A stretch of 64,000 nt of DNA from assembly GCA_944385765.1 (NCBI GenBank), contig CALWYL010000001.1, forward strand, positions 23,556 through 87,555. The letters are read 5' to 3'. Both the position numbers and the translations under genes were made by a program. A model generated the notes under the pieces. That model had not been told where the DNA came from. It made no database searches and saw only the letters and a program-made list of their open reading frames with translations. This stretch comes from an uncultured Oscillospiraceae bacterium (lineage in GTDB: Bacteria; Bacillota; Clostridia; Oscillospirales; Oscillospiraceae). Every line of letters starts with the position of its first letter. Within the stretch, counting starts at the first letter, position 1. Positions 57,362 to 64,000 of the stretch are shown here, one piece after another.

Positions 57362-57498
57362 AACTTTTCCTCCCATCTACGGCTTTGTTGAATAAGCCTG
57401 AACAGTAAAATTATATATGAAAATGCCACTAAAGTCAACAACTGGAGAATTTTTATTCATTGAAACTTACACAATTTTTTAGAAAAAATATAGGAGGT

Positions 57499-58077
57499 AT
57501 GCACAACTTGTCTACAATATGGGTAGCATTGTTGCTCTTTTCACTTGTATACGGCCTCGCCTCCGGGAACGCCTCCGCCACCGGCTCCGCCGCCCTCGCC
57601 GGGGCCCCGGCCGCTGTAAAGCTGTGCCTGGAAACCGGCGGGCTGATTTGCCTCTGGAGCGGCGTCATGGAGGTGCTGCGCAGAGCCGGGGCGCTGGAAG
57701 CCCTTTCCCGCGCGCTCTCCCCCCTGCTCACCCGGCTGTTTCCCCGCTCCGCCCACGATTGCGAGACCATGTCCGCCCTGGCCTCCAATGTCTCGGCCAA
57801 TTTGCTCGGCCTGGGCAACGCCGCCACCCCCATGGGCATCCGCGCCGCCTCCGGCATGGCCCGGCTCTCCGACGGCGCCGCCTCTGATGAGCTCTGCCGG
57901 CTGGTGGTGATTAATACGGCCTCCATACAGCTCATCCCCACCACCGCCGCCTCGCTCCGGGCCGCCGCCGGCTCTGCAACGCCCTTCGATATCCTGCCCG
58001 CCGTCTGGCTGAGCTCCATCTTCTCCGTGGGCGTGGGCCTCGCCGCCGCGGCCGTCTTGTCGAGGCTCTGGCGCTGA
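57499..58077 (+). CDS. spmA: spore maturation protein A (nucleoside-recognition/Gate domain)
   Basis: WVALLLFSLVYGL...GLICLWSGVMEV...ANLLGLGNAATP. The start is uncertain (ATG 57499 or TTG 57508). Confidence 0.75.
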   Translation: MHNLSTIWVALLLFSLVYGLASGNASATGSAALAGAPAAVKLCLETGGLICLWSGVMEVLRRAGALEALSRALSPLLTRLFPRSAHDCETMSALASNVSANLLGLGNAATPMGIRAASGMARLSDGAASDELCRLVVINTASIQLIPTTAASLRAAAGSATPFDILPAVWLSSIFSVGVGLAAAAVLSRLWR

Positions 58078-58592
58078 TGGACGGTGTCATATCCCTGTCC
58101 GCCGCCGCAATCATTACCGCCGCGGCGCTTGGGGGGCTCATCCGCGGTGTGGACGTATTCTCCGCCATGGCCGAGGGCGCCGCCGAGGGGCTGAAGACCG
58201 TACTGCGCATCTTCCCGCCCCTGGTCGCGCTGCTGACGGCGGTGTACATGCTCAGGGCCTCCGGCGCCGTGGACGCGCTCACCTCCCTGGTCTCCCCGCT
58301 GCTGGAGCTGTTGGGCATACCGCCGGAGACCTCCGTGCTCATGCTGCTCCGCCCCATAAGCGGCAGCGGCGCCCTGGCCTCCGCCTCCGAGCTCATGGAC
58401 GAATACGGTCCCGACTCCCTCATAGGGCGCACAGCGGCCATCATGCTGGGCTCGACTGAGACCACCTTCTATGTCATCGCCGTCTATTTTGGGGCCGTCG
58501 GAGTCAAAAATACCCGTTGGGCCGTACCCGCCGCGCTCTGCGCCGATTTGGCCGGTTTCGCCGCGGCCGCCTTCACCGCAAAGTTTTTCTGA
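58077..58592 (+). CDS. spmB: spore maturation protein B
   Basis: ATGA overlap with spmA, with ...LLRPISGSGA...GSTETTFY. Confidence 0.75.
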   Translation: MDGVISLSAAAIITAAALGGLIRGVDVFSAMAEGAAEGLKTVLRIFPPLVALLTAVYMLRASGAVDALTSLVSPLLELLGIPPETSVLMLLRPISGSGALASASELMDEYGPDSLIGRTAAIMLGSTETTFYVIAVYFGAVGVKNTRWAVPAALCADLAGFAAAAFTAKFF

Positions 58593-58707
58593 GGAATTGC
58601 CAACTTTTCTCTTTACAAATATGCGGATTAATGCTATATTATAGGTGGTTGTTAAATGCTTGACATTTAGCGACCACTGTCTCCTCTCATTTTGACTCTT
58701 TCTCTCT

Positions 58708-58751
58708 CCGAAAGGCCCGTCCCATGGGACGGGCCTTTCGGATTTTATTTT
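58708..58751 (+). terminator. rho-independent terminator
   Basis: CCGAAAGGCCCGTCCC / GGGACGGGCCTTTCGG palindromic stem, then ATTTTATTTTG. Confidence 0.7.
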
Positions 58752-59138
58752 GCGCTCCCCAACGCTATGAATATTTACACCCATTATTCCCCACAGCTCC
58801 CCCAGCCTCTCCACCTAAAACTGCATATTTATGCACACTTTTCAGTGCCGTTTTCATACTATCTATTCTATACTTTTCCTCCCCAATACGATACATAAAC
58901 CGGATACATTTTGCGTTGGCAGGGCCGCAGCGCGCGCTCTGCCCCCAATGTACCGGCATATTGAACATAACCCGCTCCGTCCCCCATCAGGTTCCGGCTG
59001 AAGGCCGACATTTCTGCGACCTTCACCCCCAATTCTCTCGCTTTTTTATATTATTTGTAACAGTTGCATATTTTAGCTGCGCCCAATTGACCGATATGAC
59101 AAACACAATATAGGAATAAAGAATTTGCCCCAAATCTC

Positions 59139-59167
59139 TTGACATTTCCCTTGAAACATCATAAAAT
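59139..59167 (+). promoter_or_regulatory. sigma-A-type promoter of the oxidoreductase operon
   Basis: TTGACA, 17-nt spacer, TAAAAT. Confidence 0.55.
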
Positions 59168-59238
59168 TCATTTGTCCTACATTAGGACGTTACGAATTTA
59201 GAGCGGCTATACGCTCTGAAAATAAAAAGGAGGACATC

Positions 59239-59436
59239 ATGGCTAAGGCAAAAGCGAATACAGAGCTGTGCAAAGGTTGCCGGCTATGTGTCAGGGCCTG
59301 CCCCAGACACGCAATAATCCCCTTGGAACTCGTCAACAAAAACGGTTATGAAATCATTGAGATCGACCAGGAGCTGTGCATAGGCTGCGGCATGTGCTAC
59401 AAGACCTGTCCCGACAATGTTTTCACTGTTGAATGA
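59239..59436 (+). CDS. 2x[4Fe-4S] ferredoxin (delta subunit of 2-oxoacid:ferredoxin oxidoreductase)
   Basis: CKGCRLCVRACP and CIGCGMCYKTCP. Confidence 0.85.
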   Translation: MAKAKANTELCKGCRLCVRACPRHAIIPLELVNKNGYEIIEIDQELCIGCGMCYKTCPDNVFTVE

Positions 59437-59451
59437 TAGGAGGCTGTATAA

Positions 59452-60534
59452 GTGAGTGCTGATTATGTCCTGATGAAAGGCAACGAGGCGATTGCCGAAG
59501 CCGCACTGAGGGCCGGCTGCCGCTTCTACGCCGGATACCCCATCACCCCGCAGAGCGAGATACTCGAGTACATGTCCGTCAACATGGAAAAGCGCGGCGG
59601 GACTTTTATCCAGGGTGAGAATGAGATCGCCAGCATGAGTATGCTCTTTGGGGCCTCCGCCGCCGGAGCCCGAGTCATGTCCAGCTCCTCAGGCCCGGGC
59701 TTCGACCTCAAGCAGGAAGAGATCTCCTACCTCACGTCCAACAACCTGCCGGCCGTGCTCGTCAACTCCATGCGCTACGGCACCGGCGACGGCGAGATAA
59801 CCCCGGGACAGGACTCCTACTGGGTCTCCACCCGCGGCGGCGGCCACGGCGACAAGAGGCTGATCGTGCTCGCTCCGGCTTCCGTCAACGAGTGCGCCGA
59901 GCTGACCTACCTGGCCTTTGACCTGGCTGAAAAATACCGCAACGTCGTGGAGATCCTCACTGACGGGGCCATCAGCCAGATGATCGAGAAGTGCACCCTG
60001 CCTCCCGCGAAGGAGCACGATATCGACAAGTTCGACTGGACCCTCACCGGCAAGCCGCTGGGAGTAAAGAAGAACAAGATGAACAACCTCACGAACATCA
60101 TCGGCCACCCCGCGTATTCGGAGATGATGCTCAATAAATTCAAGACCATGTTCTCTGAGGAACAGCGCTGGGAGTCCGTGATGACCGACGACGCGGAGCT
60201 CATACTCGTGGCCTACGGCATCTCCTCCCGCGTGTGCAAGACCGCCGTCCGCGAGGCGCGCGCCGCCGGCATAAAGCTCGGACTCATCCGCCCCATAACC
60301 GTGTGGCCCTTCCCCAGGAAGGCGTTTGAGAACCTGCCGGAGAGCGTTAAGGGCTTCGTCACCGTTGAAATGAGCATATCCTCCCAGATGGGCGAGGACA
60401 TCATGATGGCGGCCAGAAACAGCAAACCGCTCTACGGCTGCCTCACCAACGTGAATATACCCAAGGCAAAAGAAATCGTCGACTTCTGCCTGGATGTCCT
60501 GGCGGGCAAGGTCGAGCCAATGGAGGTAATCTGA
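59452..60534 (+). CDS. 2-oxoacid:ferredoxin oxidoreductase alpha subunit
   Basis: LMKGNEAIAEAALRAGCRFYAGYPITPQSEI, with a GTG start after TAGGAGG. Confidence 0.85.
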   Translation: MSADYVLMKGNEAIAEAALRAGCRFYAGYPITPQSEILEYMSVNMEKRGGTFIQGENEIASMSMLFGASAAGARVMSSSSGPGFDLKQEEISYLTSNNLPAVLVNSMRYGTGDGEITPGQDSYWVSTRGGGHGDKRLIVLAPASVNECAELTYLAFDLAEKYRNVVEILTDGAISQMIEKCTLPPAKEHDIDKFDWTLTGKPLGVKKNKMNNLTNIIGHPAYSEMMLNKFKTMFSEEQRWESVMTDDAELILVAYGISSRVCKTAVREARAAGIKLGLIRPITVWPFPRKAFENLPESVKGFVTVEMSISSQMGEDIMMAARNSKPLYGCLTNVNIPKAKEIVDFCLDVLAGKVEPMEVI

Positions 60535-60535
60535 A

Positions 60536-61276
60536 ATGCCGGTCTATAAAACACCTAAGTCCATAATCGCCCCCTCCGGCTGCTGCGGCGGCTGCGGACA
60601 CGGTATAATCCAGCGCCTGATCGCCGAGAGCATAGAGGAGCTCGGGCTTCAGGATCAGGTGATCGCCTGCGTGGACATCGCGTGCTCCGAGTGGTCCCTG
60701 GATTGCCTGGATTACGATCACATCGCCGGCCCTCACGGCCGCATCGCCTCCGTCGCAACCGGAATCAAAAAGGTCCGCCCGGACAAGACCGTATATGCCC
60801 TCGCCGGCGACGGCAGCTCCTATGTCATCGGCTGGACCGAGACCACCTATGCCGCCGTCCGTGACATACCTATAACCATGATCGTCGTCAACAACGGCAT
60901 CTTCGGCATGACCGGCGGACAGATGAACCTGGCCACCACCCTCATCGGGGACAAGACCGTCAGCAGCAAGGCCGGCCGCCGGCGCGAGACTATGGGCCAT
61001 CCCGTGGACATGCTCCAGGCCATAAAGACTTTCGACGTCGAGTTTGCCGCCCGCGGCGCCCTCTACGATACCAAACACATCGACGAGACCAAGCGCTTCA
61101 TAAAGAAGGGCTTCGAGAATCAGCGCGACAACAAGGGCTTCTCCATAATAGAGGTGCTCTCCCCCTGCCCCACCAACTGGAAGCTCGATCCCGTCGACGC
61201 CATGGAAAAGATCAAAAACGAGAACGAAAAGGTGTTCCCCGTGGGCGTATACACCGACAGAGGAGGTAACAAGTAA
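60536..61276 (+). CDS. 2-oxoacid:ferredoxin oxidoreductase beta (TPP-binding) subunit
   Basis: CCGGCGHG...GDGSSY...NNGIFGMTGGQ. Confidence 0.85.
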   Translation: MPVYKTPKSIIAPSGCCGGCGHGIIQRLIAESIEELGLQDQVIACVDIACSEWSLDCLDYDHIAGPHGRIASVATGIKKVRPDKTVYALAGDGSSYVIGWTETTYAAVRDIPITMIVVNNGIFGMTGGQMNLATTLIGDKTVSSKAGRRRETMGHPVDMLQAIKTFDVEFAARGALYDTKHIDETKRFIKKGFENQRDNKGFSIIEVLSPCPTNWKLDPVDAMEKIKNENEKVFPVGVYTDRGGNK

Positions 61277-61815
61277 TGGCCGATATCATATTTGCCGGCT
61301 TTGGCGGCCAGGGCATACTCACCGCCGGAAAGATCCTTATAGATGTGGCGGCGCAGCACGGCAAGAACATCTGCTGGACCTCGTCCTACGGCGCCGCAAT
61401 GCGCGGAGGCACGGCCAGCTGCAGCATAATCATCTCCGACGAGGAGATCGGCAGCCCTTATCCGGAGAAGCTGGATATCCTCCTGGCAATGAACGAGCCC
61501 TCCTATCACAAGTTCATAGGCGACGTCAAAGAGGGCGGCTACGCCATAGTCAACGGCTCGCTCATGGGCGGCGACGTAGAATACCCCGCCGATGTAAACG
61601 TCTACTCCGTTGACGCCACCGACATAGCCAATTCCCTGGGAAACGGCCGCGCGGCCAACCTGGTGATGCTGGGCGCGATGATGAAAGCGACAGGCCTCAT
61701 GGATGTTGACACCTTTGGGACCAGCCTGAACGATTATTTCGAGAAGAAGGGCCGCAACACCCCCGCGAACCTCGAGTGCTACAAGCTCGGTATAGAGAAG
61801 GCAGTAAAAAAGTAA
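61276..61815 (+). CDS. 2-oxoacid:ferredoxin oxidoreductase gamma subunit
   Basis: IIFAGFGGQGILTAGKIL...SYGAAMRGG. Confidence 0.85.
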   Translation: MADIIFAGFGGQGILTAGKILIDVAAQHGKNICWTSSYGAAMRGGTASCSIIISDEEIGSPYPEKLDILLAMNEPSYHKFIGDVKEGGYAIVNGSLMGGDVEYPADVNVYSVDATDIANSLGNGRAANLVMLGAMMKATGLMDVDTFGTSLNDYFEKKGRNTPANLECYKLGIEKAVKK

Positions 61816-61827
61816 GGTGAAAAACTG

Positions 61828-62664
61828 ATGAACTCGCAGTCCATATCAAAAAATCAGGTAATCAGGGAATTGCTGCTAATCGTGGTCGGCAGTATCCTCT
61901 ACGCGCTCTCCGTAGTGCTCTTTATCGATCCGATCCACGTGATACCCGGCAGTGTAACAGGCATCGCCGTAATAACCAAGGCTCTCTTCAACACGCCTAT
62001 CGGGGTCGTGAACCTTGTCATCAACATCCCCCTGATATTGGTCGCGGTCTTTTATCTGGGCAAAAAGCTGCTCATATATACGGTGATAACCATTTTCCTT
62101 ACCTCTGTGCTTATGGACTGGTGGGCTTTCCTTCCGGCTTTCACCACAGACATGATGCTCGCCTCGGTTTTTGGCGGGGTCGTCATGGGCATAGGCCTCG
62201 GGATGATACTCAAGGCCGGTGCTACGACCGGCGGCACCACAGTTGTCGGCCGCCTCGTTGTCAGAAAGCATCCCAATATCCAGATAGGCAATGTACTTAT
62301 GGCCGGTGACTTTGTGATAATCACCGTCGGTTCCATACTGCTCAAGGACTGGGACCTCATGCTCTACTCCCTGATAAATCTCTATATCTGTTCCGCCCTG
62401 AACAACGTTGTCATATACGGCTTTGACCGGAAAGTCGCCGCGCTGGTTTACACCGGCTCGCCCGAAAAGGTCAGGGACGCGCTCCACGACAGGATAAGCT
62501 GCCGCACCATGCTGACGCGGGAAGGCCTGCTCTGCTGCTGCGCGAAGTCGTCCATGATGAAACTAGAGCGCATTGTGAAGGAGAGCGATGTCAACGCCTC
62601 ATGCGCCGTCGCCGATGCGTGCTATACCTTCGGCGGTATCACTGGAGACAGCACTGCGGAGTGA
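61828..62664 (+). CDS. YitT family membrane protein (second copy)
   Basis: Same architecture as 39237..40106 (GATTGGTTVV motif). Confidence 0.75.
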   Translation: MNSQSISKNQVIRELLLIVVGSILYALSVVLFIDPIHVIPGSVTGIAVITKALFNTPIGVVNLVINIPLILVAVFYLGKKLLIYTVITIFLTSVLMDWWAFLPAFTTDMMLASVFGGVVMGIGLGMILKAGATTGGTTVVGRLVVRKHPNIQIGNVLMAGDFVIITVGSILLKDWDLMLYSLINLYICSALNNVVIYGFDRKVAALVYTGSPEKVRDALHDRISCRTMLTREGLLCCCAKSSMMKLERIVKESDVNASCAVADACYTFGGITGDSTAE

Positions 62665-62705
62665 CGGAGGGCTCTGCCCCATCCGCCACGGGGATAAAAA
62701 AGGCT

Positions 62706-62736
62706 GCCCGGAAAACAAGCTTTTCCGGGCATTTTT
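62706..62736 (+). terminator. rho-independent terminator
   Basis: GCCCGGAAAA, loop caagc, TTTTCCGGGC, then ATTTTT. Confidence 0.65.
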
Positions 62737-62754
62737 ATGGAAGGATGTGTAAGT

Positions 62755-63537
62755 ATGGAAGTAGTGTTCCTCTTGGCCATAGCCTTTTTCGCTTCAGTTA
62801 TCGGAAGCATCTGCGGCGTCGGCGGCGGTGTGTTCATGAAGCCCGTTCTGGACATGTTCTCGCTCGTCTCCGTCTCCACAGCCAGCTTCCTCTCGGCCAT
62901 GACCGTGCTCGCCATGACCAGCTACACCACGGCCAAGAACCTCATGTCTAAAAACAAAGTCATCGCCGTGCATGAAGTTGCCCCCCTCGCCCTTGGGGCG
63001 GCCATGGGCGGCGTGGCCGGCAAGTATCTGTTCGAGCAGATAAAGGAGCTCCTTCCCTATGCCGACAAGATCGGCGCGGTCCAGGCGGTTTTCCTCGGCG
63101 TAGTCGCGCTGGGGGCGCTGGTCTACACGTTCAGCAAGAGCCGCATAAAGACCAGGCATGTACAGAGCCAGGCAGCTTCCGTCCTCATAGGGCTTTGCCT
63201 GGGAATAATGTCGAGTTTCCTTGGCATAGGCGGAGGGCCCATAGACCTGATCGTGCTGCTTTATTTCTTCTCCATGGACACGAAAAAGGCCGTACAAAAC
63301 TCGCTGTTCGTCATTCTCTTCAGCCAGGCCTTCAGCCTTGTATACATGCTCCTGTCCGGCACCGTTCCGGAGTTCGAGCCGCTTGCGCTCATCTTTATGA
63401 TCATAGGCGGCATCGTGGGCGGCATGTGCGGCCGCGGCATCTCGGCAAAAATCAGCAATTCCACCACGGATAAGCTGTTCATCGGCCTGTTGGCCCTGAT
63501 AGTGCTTATCAGCGTATACAACTTCTGCAAATACTGA
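62755..63537 (+). CDS. TauE/SafE family sulfite-exporter-like membrane protein
   Basis: 8 TM segments, with a duplicated G(I/V)GGG motif (ICGVGGGVF, LGIGGGPI). Confidence 0.75.
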   Translation: MEVVFLLAIAFFASVIGSICGVGGGVFMKPVLDMFSLVSVSTASFLSAMTVLAMTSYTTAKNLMSKNKVIAVHEVAPLALGAAMGGVAGKYLFEQIKELLPYADKIGAVQAVFLGVVALGALVYTFSKSRIKTRHVQSQAASVLIGLCLGIMSSFLGIGGGPIDLIVLLYFFSMDTKKAVQNSLFVILFSQAFSLVYMLLSGTVPEFEPLALIFMIIGGIVGGMCGRGISAKISNSTTDKLFIGLLALIVLISVYNFCKY

Positions 63538-63563
63538 TTTGCATACATAAATAAGGAGGCAAT

Positions 63564-64000
63564 ATGTCAAACGAACTCAACAAGAACCGCCTGGAGAAGC
63601 CCCTGAGCGGAGTAGTGGTGCTGGACCTCACCCAGGCGTACAGCGGGCCGTTCTGCACCATGCATCTGGCCGACCAGGGCGCGGAAGTGATCAAGATCGA
63701 GGTGCCCGGCAAGGGCGACCAGAGCCGCACTTGGGCGCCCTTCAAAAACGGTTACAGCGGCTATTACGCCTACATAAACCGCAACAAATACGGCCTCTCT
63801 CTCAATCTCAAATCCGAAGAGGGCAAGGAGATATTCAAAAAGCTGGTCGCCAAGGCCGATGTGGTCTGCGAGAACTTCCGTGTCGGCACCATGGAGCGCC
63901 TCGGCCTCGGGTATGATGTCCTCAGCGAGATAAATCCCGGCCTGATATACGCCTCTATCTCCGGCTTCGGCCTCGAGGGCCCGCGCGCCCAGCAGCCCTG
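63564..64000 (+). CDS. family III CoA-transferase (CaiB/BaiF), 5' partial, continues beyond the window
   Basis: PLSGVVVLDLTQAYSGPFCTMHLADQGAEVIKIE...ENFRVGTMERLGLGY, with an AAGGAGG RBS. Confidence 0.85.
   Translation, partial: MSNELNKNRLEKPLSGVVVLDLTQAYSGPFCTMHLADQGAEVIKIEVPGKGDQSRTWAPFKNGYSGYYAYINRNKYGLSLNLKSEEGKEIFKKLVAKADVVCENFRVGTMERLGLGYDVLSEINPGLIYASISGFGLEGPRAQQP

Noticed and set aside
58765-58968. A small minus-strand peptide ending MKTALKSVHKYAVLGGEAGGAVGNNGCKYS, with a double-glycine-like motif suggesting a bacteriocin or RiPP precursor.
   Set aside because: The nearest GGAGG lies 20 nt from the ATG. No C39 peptidase/ABC exporter, modification enzyme or immunity gene is adjacent. 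The nearby hairpin terminates plus-strand, not minus-strand, transcription.

Overview
This is a 64-kb chromosomal window from a high-GC, spore-forming Firmicute. Gene content suggests Clostridia, Oscillospiraceae-like, but that is inference. I call about 67 protein-coding features, counting the two halves of the split cotJC separately. I saw no rRNA, tRNA or CRISPR array. Most of the window is housekeeping: rubrerythrin, ppk1/ppx, xerD, yajC, tgt, queA, asd-dapA-dapB, a ParE/ParC-type topoisomerase pair, thioredoxin/CcdA/TlpA, pepT, and a four-subunit 2-oxoacid:ferredoxin oxidoreductase. Sporulation genes are interspersed: spoIIM, a SpoIID/LytB-domain protein, cotJ, yaaL-bofA, abrB and spmA/spmB. 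Main finding: the spore-coat gene cotJC is split into a 32-codon 5' piece (30883..30978) and a 166-codon 3' piece (36818..37318) by a 5.84-kb element (30979..36817). The element is bounded by a 9-bp direct core and 13-bp perfect inverted arms. A large serine recombinase gene abuts the right junction, and the only cargo is a compact Type III-like restriction-modification pair (mod+res). This architecture resembles the mother-cell-excised intervening elements skin/sigK and SPbeta/spsM. Second finding: a complete T-box leader whose specifier reads UAC (Tyr), with a UGGU bulge matching an A73 discriminator, controls a monocistronic beta-eliminating lyase. Two substrate-defining positions of that lyase look like tyrosine phenol-lyase. 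Starvation-induced expression of a nominally catabolic enzyme is a paradox. Third finding: a Cys-rich collagen-like (G-X-Y) protein with 69-nt tandem repeats, periodic G-X-G register slips and a CBM5/12-like insert sits next to a GT2-TPR glycosyltransferase, which suggests an exosporium or spore-surface glycoprotein. Smaller observations include a CotJA-CotJB fusion, a membrane zinc-ribbon ORF between parE and parC, candidate small RNAs and structured spacers, and several operator-like palindromes. All functional calls come from reading motifs in the supplied translations. No database search was run.
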